This document shows, piece after piece, positions 11,028 to 23,170 of a DNA stretch of 64,000 bases. Source of the DNA: Oculina patagonica. Its lineage: Eukaryota. The notes below the pieces were generated by a model. It was not told the DNA's origin. It searched no databases and saw only the letters and a program-made list of their open reading frames with translations. The stretch is from positions 47,926,001-47,990,000 of the forward strand of contig NC_135758.1 in NCBI RefSeq assembly GCF_052425735.1, in the 5' to 3' direction. Each line of letters begins with the position of its first letter. Position 1 is the stretch's first letter. Made by a program: the position numbers and the translations under genes.

Positions 11028-14000
11028 TCACAAATTAAAGAAAGAATAGTAGTAAAGAGTTTCATCGCAAGCATCCCGAAAGAAATTCAGCTCATTAACC
11101 AGTCCTTCGTGGAAAATGAGAAGAGACTTTTCTTTATCCTCTGGAGTGAAGAAGTAGTCAACAAACTTCTCCAGCCGGCTTTTGTCGTCTGGGTCAGGCT
11201 TGTTGTCTTCAAGCCAGCCATAATAGGGGTTCTTCTTGTCAACTGAATCAATTAGCTCACCAGCAATCCAAGGCCAAAGCATGGTACATGGTAACATGGC
11301 TATACATAGGAACTTAGCATCTCGACGACTCAGAGCAGACTCATAGCCCACGTACATTTCTGCTGCAGGTCCCATTACCACGCTTTCAGTATTCTTGAGT
11401 CGCCAGGTTTTAACAAACTCCTGGTTGTAGTTCTTGTAGCTCTCAGACTGGACTCGGTACAGCAAAGAAAATTCAGGTTTTCCTTGTACTTGCGTCTGCT
11501 GAGCAGCATAGTCAAATGCTTCCACTGCATTGAAGCAGTAGGCAGCATCTTGTACCATGTAGCCGCCGTAGTCGTCTGGGTCGAGAGTTCCTGTAGCCAT
11601 CCCTTGGATAAACTTGGATTCTTTGGCAGCATTGCGGATCTTCACACTTGTTTCATTGTTGAACAAGTCTTGGCTGAAGGAGCTTCGTCCTTGCAAATTG
11701 TCTTCTTGCGGAGAGAAGTTGAAGTTAAATTTGATCTTCCTCGGACTCTTGAGGTTTCGTTTACTTTCTGAAAAGGAATACAAAGTCAATTAAAAAAATG
11801 CGTCGAAAATTGCCACAACTACAATTTTTCTTTAATTTATTTGGTGTATGTTTAATAACGTTTAGAGGATTGCCATCAAAACCACAACTAATATCTACAC
11901 ACAGTTTTAGCTACAATCTCAAAGGTCTGTTAGAATTTTCTTTTAGGCTAGATCATAAAACGAACAATCATTTATGTAAGGAAAGTGATGTGTTGTGATG
12001 TCTTTCTGTATGCTATGTATATTGTCTGATCTGTAGCCGAATAACCAGCTTAAGAAAGACTTTTGGTCTAAAATAATAGCCGAAAAAGCACAAAAAAGGA
12101 GGGCAATACCGCAGGAACAGGTACCAATTCCTAAAAATAGCAAGACCACAGTGAGCTGAAAAAAACCCCAGGGTCAAAATGGTGCACTCTGGAAAGACAT
12201 ATAAAAGTGGGACTGACGCCAAGACGCAATCAGTTGTGTGTAACGAAATACCCACGATTGATTCACTAATGAGGGGAATGGACAACCCGCTATTAATTCA
12301 CCAGATGTGGTCGCGTTGCAATGCTGCGCGTGACTCAATTGCTACGGAACATTTCCGAGCGCAATCACTGCGCCTTTCAATAATACGCGAACACTGCTAA
12401 ATCACTGGTTGCGTTTCTGTGACGTGACAACCGTGACCATAATCATGTTCTCGGGCAGTCACGTGGCGAGCAGAGCCTCGTGTAATGACTTTTTGTGGAG
12501 CGTAAATGCTAACTCGGCATTAAAGTTCAGTTGTTGTTTCAAGTCAGAGATGTGATGAATTCCCTTCACAACTCTCTAGCTTCGTAACAGGACGATATGA
12601 TGAGAATTCGTGGCCACACCGGTGAGTAAACAGTCTACCGAAATAAAAAAAAGGACGTTTGTTTTTCGTGGCCGCCATCTTGGATTTGGCGAGATACCTT
12701 AGAAGGCGCTGAAGGATTGTCTGCCGTTGCTCCGTTGATATTACCTCTAATGTATCTGCCGCCACCAAAACCGCTTGTCGTAGACGATAATCTGGCTAGT
12801 AATTGGAAACATTGGAAAAAAGTATGGCAAAGGTACGGAATTGCGACTGGAATCATAGTTACTAACTATACTGGAATGGGCATGTACTAAAACCCGAAAC
12901 AACGAAACGAAACCACCGAAACGAAACGACCGAAACGACCGAAACGACCGAAACGAAACCGCCGAAACAACCGAAACGGCCGAAACGAGCGAAACGAGAC
13001 GAAATCACCGAAACAAGCAAAACCCATTACAATTATTGAGAGCTAACCGTAAACAGGCTAACCGGAGTGCATAGTAGGCTAACCTAAGTGAAACGTAGGC
13101 TAACCGGAGTGTGTAGTAGGCTAACCGGAGTGTGTAGTAGGCTAACAGGAGTGTATAGTAGGCTAACCGGGGTTTATAGTAGGCTAATCAGAGTGTATAG
13201 TAGGCTAAACGGGGTGTATAGTACGGTAAGTGGCGAAAATCTTGAAGTTTTGCTTGTTTCGGTGATTTCGTTTCGTTTCGCTCGTTTCGGCCGTTTCGGT
13301 TGTTTCGGCGGTTTCGTTTCGCTCGTTTCGGTGGTTTCGGTCGTTTCGTTTCGGTGGTTTCGTTTCGTTGTTTCGGGTTTTAGTATATGCCGCTGGAATG
13401 TACCAGCAAGACGATCTTATTCGAGTGTCAACTTTGCTTTCAGTCATCGGCGAGGATGCCGTCAAAGCGTTTGATACGTTTGCTTGGGGTGAAGAGGAGC
13501 CAAAACAGTATTACGGATGTCTTAGCCAAATTGACGAATATTGCGAACCTCACACTCAAGTGATTTACGGACTCTTCCATTTTAATTATCGTAAACAGGA
13601 GCTAGGCGTAAGTGCGTACGTGACCGAGCTGCGTGTGATTGCGAAGAACTGTGCTCACGACGAAATCATACCCGACAACAATTTACGCAGTAGCTTGGTC
13701 CTTAGAGCCCGAGATGAGAAAGTACGCGAACGCCTTTAACGAGTAAACGACCTGACCTTGTCTAAAGCCATCGACATTTGCAAAGCGGCCGAACAGACCA
13801 GAAAGCAAGGTGATTGCCAGCGGAACAGAGGAGTCAGTTGGTGCAGTTAGAACAGAACAAAAAATGGCCTAAAGAATGAGCCACCTCAGAACACACGACG
13901 GGTACAGCTGTACGTGACCCACCCATCCAGCGACCAGATCGTAGATTCTGTGGATATCACTATGGAAATCGCCAGTGCCTTGCAAAAGGGCAAACTTGCC

Positions 14001-17000
14001 ACAAGTGTGGACAAAACAACCACTTTCAGTCAATGTGCCGATCATCCAACCCGATGGTTACACACTTAGAAGAAGTACCTGAAGAAGGTTTTCGCATAAG
14101 TAAAGTTTGAATTGGATCGCGTGCTTTAATTACTATGGAAGTCGGCATGCAAAGCAGTCAAAGATAGGTGACATTCCAACTGTGCGCAGGCGTGGCATGC
14201 AGCCTCCCGTCGCTGGACGATCATCTGCGTGCCACGGGTGATGTGGATTTGGCACAAGTCAAGCAGTGCTCACACAAGTTTATTAAAACTTACACAAATG
14301 AACGGTACAAGATAATAGGGACGACAGAGCTTCCTCCATGGCGCCATAGGAAAGAAGTGTGTTGCAGTTTAACACTACAGGAGATGACCTTGCCCCACTG
14401 TTATCATATACAGTAAAAACCCGCGTGTAAGAACCTAGGGATTTAAGAAGGACTTTAAATAAAAACCGCGCTTGCATTGGAAGAAAATTGAAAAATCAAA
14501 TTCCTTCATTATTTTGCTCATTAATAGCTTTTAGGTAGATAAGAAACCTGATGTATTTTGTTCCCCCCAGAAGTCTTCTAATTTCGAGAAAAAAACCAAA
14601 GTCAGTTTTCGTGATCGGAGCCTCAAAGTGACACAATTTTCAACCCGAAATTCGCTATCGTTAACTCTCGTCGCGTTCACAAACAAAGCCACATTGAAAA
14701 CTTTGGATGCTTTCTATCAACAGAGAAACTCTTTTCCATTCGCTAAAATATAATTTCAGGGCTTAAGCAAAACTCTTCGAACTGAAATAATTAAAAAGGT
14801 GGGGAATACTTTTCACGATACTAGAAAGTCGAATTAAACGGCAGTTTTCAACGGAATTATTTATTATGTGGTATAACTCCAAATTTCCTCAATTGTCGTT
14901 TAAACACACATGTAAATGTTTATCTAAGACATACCTGAGAATTTGCTTGGGTTGTTGAAGGCAACATATTTATCAATGCATCGTAGTCCCACAAAATGTT
15001 GTGATATCGATCAAAATAGCCTAACTTACAGCTAAACATTTCTTGGCTCCAAAATGCAACAAAGCAACTGTTAAGCGCGAAATTCCTTTTGCATCTTCAT
15101 CCTTAGCAATTGTCCTTTATCGTGGTTCTTTTCTCTTGACGAAAGTGTGTACAGAACGCCAGAACGCTCAATTTGCTTCCTCAAACTGCGTTGTCGGTGC
15201 TGGAGAATTGTTTTGCGTTATTTTAACTCCGTGACATTCTCGACCCCAGAGCTCTTACTGCGCAGACTCAATTACGTCACAATATCGTGTTTCATGTCAC
15301 GTGTATTATGTCACGTAAGTCACAAATCTAATCTTGTAGCAAAATGGCGAAGAGGTTTTGCGATCAAAATGGACCTTAATTGACCCAGGTTGGCTTTTTT
15401 ATCTCACTCTTTCGTTGAAAAGGGAATTTTGCAATGGAACATTCGGCAAGAAGAAGGAAAGACGAGCATTTGGGGTTAAAACATTCATTATCGTGGCGTT
15501 TGGCAATTAGAAGTATTTACACAGTTTACGGTCATGCTGTGAAAATTTGCCGAAGTTTGATGCCCTCTAAGTGAGAATCTTTCCAATAACCCGAGCCAAT
15601 TCTCAGGTATGTTTAATAAGAATATCTGTATGCATGTTTGAGCGAGAATTGAAAAAATTTAATGTTATACCACATGCTAAATACTGCCGTTGAAAATTAC
15701 TATTTCATTCAAATTTTTGTTATGGTAAAAAGCATTCCTCGTCAGTTCATTTTTTTCAGTTGGAAGAGTTGCGATAAAGCCCTGAAATTATATTCTAGCG
15801 AAAGAAAAAGAGTTTTTATGTAGATAGGTAGTGACAAAATTTCTCTGCGCGGTTTTGTAAGCGAACGCGAGGAGTGTTCATAATAGCTAATTTCGGGTTT
15901 AAAAGTTAGGAAATTTGTGACTTCGACCACCGAAATCGATTTTCTTTGTTTTCTCAAAATTAGAAGACCTCTAGGGGAAACAAACTACATCAGGTTTCTT
16001 ATCTACCTTAAAGCTAATAATGAGCAAAAAACGAAGACAAATCGATTATCCAATTTCTGCCAGGAAATCAAATTCTTGCTCGGCCGTTCGTAAAAGTCAC
16101 TCTTAAGAACCTTCTGGCAGAAATTTGCTTTTTTAATACCCCAAAACATAAGAACCTGTTTAGCCAAATAAATTCCAACAGGTTCTTATATGTAGAGTTT
16201 AACTACTTAATTTATATATTTTTTTACCAAAAGCCAGAAAGGTCATGTTACCGGGGTATATACAGTATGTTGTTGGACTTTTGGCAACATGGGTACATTA
16301 ATAAATATTTATAATGAAGAACAGACCAGATTTTATACTATTTTCTGATAATCAACAACAATGTCTACTCTGTAGAAATTAAGAACCTGGTTAAGAACCT
16401 ACTTAGCCTAAACTGTCAATAAGTACCCCATAATACAAGAACCTGTTTTGCCAAACTCTGGAAAAGTAGGTTCTTACACGCGGGTTTTTACTGTATCACA
16501 TGTATTGGACTGGCCTCGTCACAATTATTGACTGTGATAGCCCAGCAAACTCCAGTGGTCTCGAGGATACCCCCAGCGTAGCTGTAACAATAGGGATTGC
16601 CGACCTTCTAGAGGAATACAAATATGTCTTTGAAGGCTTGGGTAACCTCCCAGGCGAACACCACATCGTCACCGGTGACACAGTTCCACCTGTAGTACAT
16701 CCTTCCCGTCGTGTATCAGTCGATTTACGAAACCAGATCAAGGAGAAACTGGATGAGATGGTTGCATCTGTAACTGAACCAACCGAGTGGGTTTCCAGTA
16801 TGTCGGTCCTTGTCAAGCCCAACAATCTGCGCATATGTCTTGACCTGCGCGATTTGAACAGAGATCAATACCAAATGCCAACAGCGGAGGAAGTCGCGAC
16901 CCGCGTTTCACAAGCAAAAAAGTTCACTGTCGTAGATGCCTAGAATGGCTTTTGGCAGAAATGTCATGACAGTGAGTCTGGCTACAAGACCACTTTAAAC

Positions 17001-17971
17001 ACGCCGTTTGGGCGTTACAGATGGAAGAGGATGCCATTCGGCATCTCCTTAGCACCAGAAGTCTAGCATCGTACAATGCATGAGTTTGTCGAAGACATGG
17101 AAGGAGTGCAAGTGATTGCAGACGACTTGAAAGAAATGAGCGCGCTTTTCTCGAAAAATGCCGTTTGTTGAACTTGAAGTTGAATCGAGCGAAAGTGAAA
17201 TGGCACCAGCAAAGTGTAAAATTCATGGGCCATCTCCTCAGTTCTCAGGGGCTAATGCCTGACCCCGAGAATAATGCAGATGCCTGAACCTGAAGATGTC
17301 ACTGCATTGAAGCGATTCCTGGGGATGGTGACCTATCTTGCGAAATTTATGCCCCACCTATCGGAGATAACAGAGCCACTTAGACGTCTGGAAGACAAGA
17401 ATGTGGAGTTCCAGTGGTTAGAACAGCAATCTCTTGCCATGGGAACAACCAAGAAGTTTCTGACAGAGGCAACTGTCTTCCGCTATTATGACGTAACAAG
17501 CCCATCACTGTACAATGTGACGCAAGCCAGTCTGGCTTAGGAGCAGTACTCCTGCAAGATGGTCAGCCTGCCTGTTATGCTTCCCGTGCCCTCACGGACA
17601 CAGAGTCTCGATATGCGCAGATCGAGAAAGAGATGCTCGCCATCACTTGGGCATGTGGCAAGTTCGACCAATACCTTTATGGGAGATGGCACTGAACGTC
17701 TAGTCCAAGATATCCAGTCTCAGATTTACTATTCTATAGCCCTATTGTTTGGCACGACAGACAAGAGACCAACTAAACAATGTGGTGGGTAATAAATTCG
17801 GATTAGTTTAGAGTCAATTGGAGCCGCAGAAAGGATTCTTTGTCCCTTTTTTGAACACGTTGCCTTAGTAGGAGAGCAAAATACAGCTTATACACTCTTT
17901 TTTTTTATAAGAATCTAGTTTATAAGAATATCGAGGCTGAAATTTGCGATTTTTTAAGAATATCTTAAGAA

Positions 17972-18002
<31 letters not shown>

Positions 18003-18670
18003 AAATTTTGAGTTGAAAATTTGTAAATACAATACAATTAAATATATTTTTAGTTGAAACAAAATCAGGTGTTTTCATTTCCCTCTTAGCATCACTGTGA
18101 GGAATGCTTTGTTTAAAGCCAAACGGCCAAGTGTTATGTGACGCGACATCTTGATCTTGCTGGCTGCAACGAAAAGCGATGAAGCACGAGCACAATGTAA
18201 CATGATACAGAATGTTCATAAGAAATATTTTCAGCCTAAAATCAGCAGAAAAATAAGAATATCCAGCCTGGGTCGGAAAAACTGTATTCTTATAAAAAAA
18301 AAGAGTGTATCACATTTGCTACAACTTCTAGATATACTGCAAAATAGCACCAGTAAAATTTTAGTAAGGCAGTTGAAGTAAGCTTGTCTATCAGGTCTTC
18401 TCTATCAGGTGAAACAACAATTTTATTAGTGGCTCTACATGAAGTCCAATATTTCAGAAAAAAAGAGTGGTGAATGGGCCGACGCCCCGCTCCAAAATTA
18501 TCGGAGTAAGCTTCTAATTTGATTACGTCGTGCAGACTTCTGATATACACTGATTTCGTTCTTGTGTTACACTGATTTCAGTTGTTTGTCACGGCCCGGA
18601 CCAATCGTGACTTGCAAAAGAAATTTGCATATATGGATCGGAATAGGCACTTACCTTTAACACGACTCAT
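11028..18670 (-). CDS. tenA: TenA/THI-4/PQQC-family protein (thiaminase II / aminopyrimidine aminohydrolase-like), copy 1, ~251 aa
   Basis: Coding exons 18670-18655 (ATGAGTCGTGTTAAAG|gtaagt) and 11767-11028 (ttttcag|AA AGT), phase 1. Motifs SKFIQGMATGTL, YMVQDAAY, IAMLPC..LW, NPYYGW and NELNFF are collinear with TenA (HPFV.G...GTL, Y..QD..Y, AA.LPC..LY, Y..W, E..FW). Confidence 0.88.
12879..13391. mobile_element. Foldback-type non-autonomous DNA transposon (GG ends, ~9-bp TSD; MULE/FB-like) with modular TIRs and a central 21-bp tandem array
   Basis: ~140-bp TIRs ggcatgtactaaaacccgaaac(aacgaaacg...)n mirrored at 13250-13391. Eight copies of a 21-mer (aggctaaccggagtgtatagt consensus) at ~13055-13222. 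Flanks actggaatg / gctggaatg. Confidence 0.85.
14411..16493. mobile_element. Tc1/mariner-pogo-type non-autonomous element (TA TSD)
   Basis: ta|cagtaaaaacccgcgtgtaagaaccta ... taggttcttacacgcgggtttttactg|ta, a perfect 27-bp TIR. Removing it rejoins Gypsy pol (PLLSY|ITCIG). Confidence 0.9.
14447..16102. mobile_element. TTAA-flanked element with long (~500 bp) imperfect inverted arms (Kolobok-like), nested in the TA element
   Basis: ttaa|gaaggacttt ... aaagtcactc|ttaa. Internal arms include taggtagataagaaacctgatgta (~14532) versus tacatcaggtttcttatctacct (~15986). Confidence 0.7.
17893..18307. mobile_element. MITE (TA TSD)
   Basis: ta|cactctttttttttataagaat ... attcttataaaaaaaaagagtg|ta. Confidence 0.8.
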
Positions 18671-20202
18671 CGCAACAGTTATGTTTATACCACAGATGGA
18701 ATCAACTGAAAGAGAACAAATATCATTTAATTGGTAAAATTCATGCCTTTATGGAATCGCGATTTACACAATGCTCTTTACTTTACTGCGATGGGCCCTG
18801 TTCCGTACTGATGTACGTTCTAATGTATGTTCCTAAGTTGTGTCTCATTCAGTTTAATCACAGAAACATAAAAGCTTAAAGCTCAACTTTGCAGGTGTAA
18901 GTATGATTCGATACATACAGCATCTAAATGTTAAGAATGCCGCCAGTGCATCTTTTATACGACGATCATTAAGTACCATGGATATCGTGCAGTAAATTAA
19001 AGCTGCATAAACACTGCATAAATTAAATCTATCAGAATATAGTTCGTTTACTTACTTTGGATTGTTATCTGTCCGCTTTTCTCTGAAATGTACCTGCTTT
19101 TCAGGCTGATATAATTTTGTGAGGCAGCAAGGATGGAAACTTCAGGTCGCGAGCGCTGTCTGAAGTGAATATTCCGTGTTGCTAAGAACAATAGAAGTCG
19201 AACCTGACTGACGTCACTCCATTTGATAAATGACCGTCGGTCACGCAACAGGGCGTTTATAATCACATGTATAATCGTCTGGATTTTGTCTTTTTGTGTT
19301 CTTCAGAAATATTTAGCACAGCCTATTTTAGCACAGACTCGAGCTGACAACGTTGTTGTCAAGTTTAAAGGTAGATAACACTCATATTAAAAGTATACGT
19401 CCCCGGAATTGGATAACAAGGCTGAGAAGACCCCGGCCACAAACTTTGGGCTCTTTCGAAGTAGAAACAGATTACTCATTTAAAGAGTCATATCCAAGTG
19501 AATACTATTTAATATAAAAAATGCTTGCATATTAGTTAAATACACCTAAAAGGTAACATAAAAAAAGAACATGCATATCAGTTTTATTTTGGACACGAAA
19601 TATGATCTCTTATTACAACAATTGCGTTATTACTGCTTTAATAAGTAGTTGGCTCACAGCAAAACAAAAAAAATTACTCCGAAACTGACACAGGCTAATT
19701 AACTTTCCTTAATGTTCACTAGCAGTTAACATATTATATATCGTTTAAAAGAAGAAACAGTTGGAGCGTGCATATATGTCACCCATAACGCAAAGCGTTA
19801 ATACTCAGAACCAATCAAAATTCAATTTCCTCTTTGTAAGATTCATGTAACAACTGTGACATAACGCAAACTTTCCTTGCCTTCCGCCACGAATAGCGAG
19901 CACTATTTTATTCAGTACTTCTTACCCAAAGCCGATTCCACTTAATTTTGAACTATAGAAAATCATGAGCTAGATAACACGATTACACTGAAATGCAGGA
20001 CATTTAAATTGCATTACCTTAACCTTAAACAATGGCGCAAAAAAAACGTCCTTGCCTTGTTTGGGTTCAAAACCGGCATAACAAAAAATCCGCTTAACAG
20101 CTTAAAAATTACCAGCAAGATCTGGATCAATGCACAATAATTCTCAGACTCCAAAGACTGATCATGGCTGATCTCACATTGAAACAAAAAATATTTATGC
20201 AG

Positions 20203-22060
20203 TTACACATTGAAATACGAGTAGTAATACAGAGTTTCATCGCACGCATCCCGAAAGAAATTCAGCTCATTAACCAATCCTTCGTGGAAAATAAGAAGGG
20301 ACTTCTCTTTATCCTCTGGAGTGAAGAAGTAGTCAACAAACTTCTCTAGCCGGCTATTGTCGTTTGGGTCAGGCTTGTTGTCTTCAAACCAGCCATAATA
20401 CGGGTTCTTCTTGTCAACTGAATCAATGAGCTCACCAGCAATCCAAGGCCAAAGCATGGTACACGGTAACATGGCTATACATAGGAACTTGGCGTCTTGA
20501 CGGCTCAAGGCAGACTCATAGCCCACGTACATTCCGGCTGCAGGCCCCATTACCACGCTGTCAGTACTCTTTAGTCGCCAGGATTTTACAAACTCCTGGT
20601 TGTAGTTCTTGTAGCTCTCAGAATGCACCCTGTACAGCAAAGAAAATTCAGGTTTTCCTTGTAGTTGCATCTGTTGAGCAGCATAGTCAAATGCGTCCAC
20701 TGCATTGAAGCAGTAGGCAGCATCTTGCACCATGTAGCCTCCATAGTCGTCTGGGTCGAGAGTTCCTGTAGCCATCCCTTGGATAAACTTGGATTGTTTG
20801 GCAGCATTGCGAATCCTCACACTTGTCTCATTGTTGAACAATGTATGGCTGAATGTACCTTCTTTCTTCAAACGTTCTTCAGGAAGGAAGTTGAAGTTAA
20901 ATCTGATCTTCCTTGGGGTTTTGGGGTATCGTTTCACAACTGAAAATCAAAAAGTCTGTCATGTCCATGGCATATCCTTATTGAAGACTTAGATAAGGGG
21001 CCTGAAGGGGTAAAATGGAAACTGGTATTTGGACAAATGTTCACTGAGTTAATGGGATTTAGGTCACTGATACTGGCAATCACAAACAAATAACCAATAG
21101 AACTTGGACTGGACTTTGAAATAACGGAAAAACAAGAGGCCTGGAAATGGGATTTGAGCAAAATTTGGGCTGGGAAACGGGGATCTTATTTCCCCCTTCA
21201 GGACCCTCTTTTATTGGTTGATACACCATGTAGATAATTTAGATTTCCCGCGCGTCCTTGGATGCGATCACGTGCTCGAAAATTGATCTAAAAATATCGC
21301 TTATTTTTTATATTTGGGAAACTGAAGCACTAGGTAATTGCCATGTCATGTTTGGACATGGAGAAAAAAGGTTGAACAACCGCAAAACCGCATTGAATAA
21401 TCATGTCCAAAGTGGGTTTTGTATGCAGAGCACGTACGTTCAGTTGATTTAGCAAACGTCATCAAATAAACAAACTGAAACTATAAAAGAGGCATGGAGC
21501 CAAGAAATTAGTTCGTGACATAACTGGTCTTTGTATGAGCTGAACGTTTTTGCATTTTCTTTTCTCCTTTTTGCTTTTTTTAAACAATTCTTTTTTTTTT
21601 TTTTCTTTTTTGTTTTTTAAAAAAAAAATCCGTCAGTAACGATCCTTATGCTAGTGCTATTGCTATAGTCCATCATCTTATAATTAAATTCACTGGGCAT
21701 TTATAAAAATTGGTACAGCATTTGACTTTTACACTTCTTCATGTCCCTATCTAAAGTATTTAAATACCCCGGGAAAAATTTTACTCTGTTTAGAGTTCAG
21801 ATGAAAAAAGCTTCACGTGATTCAGCCATGCAAGCTGTTGGTGGTAAACAACTCAGAAAAGTACGACAACGGTGTTTTATTCAGAATAATGTTGTCAGAA
21901 TTCGACAATGAAAAAACAAAACAAATGGGTCAAGTCTGCGTTTGGACTCGTAAACTATTGCCTATCATGAACTTCATGATCGGTTGTTCGACACTGTTCG
22001 CTGTGGACGAAATTTTATTGTTTGATATAGGTACTAACCTTGTAGCCCCGCACGATTCAT
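20203..22060 (-). CDS. tenA: TenA-family protein, copy 2, ~252 aa
   Basis: Coding exons 22060-22039 (ATGAATCGTGCGGGGCTACAAG|gttagt) and 20939-20203 (ttttcag|TT GTG AAA). Same QD, LPC and NELNFF motifs. Confidence 0.88.
20995..21210. mobile_element. Small MITE in TenA copy 2 intron
   Basis: aagggggcctgaagggg ... cccccttcaggaccctctt inverted ends. Confidence 0.6.
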
Positions 22061-23170
22061 CACAGCAGTTTTGCAATATCAGGGAAGAAACAAACTGAAA
22101 ATGGAAGTATTAATAGCATTTAAGACGTATAAATTCATGAGTTTGTTTTTATTCATGATGACAAAATTTGTTAACTTATGTTACTCCGATTCACATCTCA
22201 AGTTATGTTTTATATACCTGTACAGCTAAGGCTGGGTTAGGAAGTGTAAATAAGAAACATTTTACTCGCCAATACCGTGCAGTGAAGCACGCCTGTGAAA
22301 AATGCTAAAATGTAGTTCCAAATTACCTTGTAATCCTCTGAGAAGTTTTCGTTGCACGAGCGCTAACAATTTGCGTCTCTTCACGCTGATATTTTTTGAC
22401 GACACAGCAGAAAGCTGAAATCAATATTCTTTTGTTAGTTCACAAAACTGCACGGGCAAGCCATAACATAACAACTGGCGTCACATCACTTGATTTAGCA
22501 TCCACCAGTCACGCAATAGCTGAAGCAGTTTTAGGTTAACTTTGAGTGAGAACTGCAAAATGGCTGTACTTTCCACGACTTTAAATGCTATTCCTCAGTC
22601 TCTCTTTCGCTGTAAGTAAACATCTAATACCGTTTTATTTTCTGCTTTTAATCCTTTAATTTATAGGCGGTACTTGTATTGGCAGCAAATCAATTTATAG
22701 CCAAATGTTGTTTTTTCAAGTGGTTTTTGGAAACAGTTCTTAAGACAGGCAGGATCAAAGAAAACAAACGATGAAATGCAGGAAGTATTTTTTGTTGGGG
22801 CTGGATCTTGTAAGAACCGGAATCTACAGGTTCGACTAAGAGATGTATAGTTCAATGCAACATATTTTATATGCACTTAATAATTAGCACCTATTCCAAC
22901 AAGTGATCTCTTTGGGTTTTTATATGGAATCTAAAAAATGCCATTGTTGGTACCTAGTGAAAGCTTGCGCTCAAAATGATGTCGATGAAGAAAAGAAGAG
23001 ATATAAATAAATGAGTTTGAAGTAATTAGGGGAAAGTATATACTAAGTGAAGAATTAAAATTCACATTGTTAGCAAGTGATCTAGAAAGTAATATATACT
23101 TCTGAATGAACAGATGTCACTGTACCATACACCATCTCAAAGAGTAGTGCGTTTCAGAGAGATAAATATA

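Larger units (their letters stand above)
12418..17690 (+). mobile_element. Decayed Ty3/Gypsy retrotransposon (probable 5' LTR, gag, PR, RT, RNase H remnants) inside the TenA copy 1 intron, with nested insertions
   Basis: Gag start MYLPPPKPLVVDDNLASNWKHWKK at ~12750. Fragments include LLSVIGEDA, TEPTEWVSSM..LRICLD, IADD (~17115), FLGMVTYLAKF and RYAQIEKEML, with many stops and frameshifts. Candidate LTR TGTGA...TCACA at 12418-12570. Truncated before integrase. Confidence 0.85.

Noticed and set aside
13055-13222. CRISPR-like array, or protein ORFs 13088..13474 and 13205..13465
   Set aside because: These are contiguous 21-bp units without unique spacers inside a TIR element in a eukaryote; the ORFs just translate the repeats.
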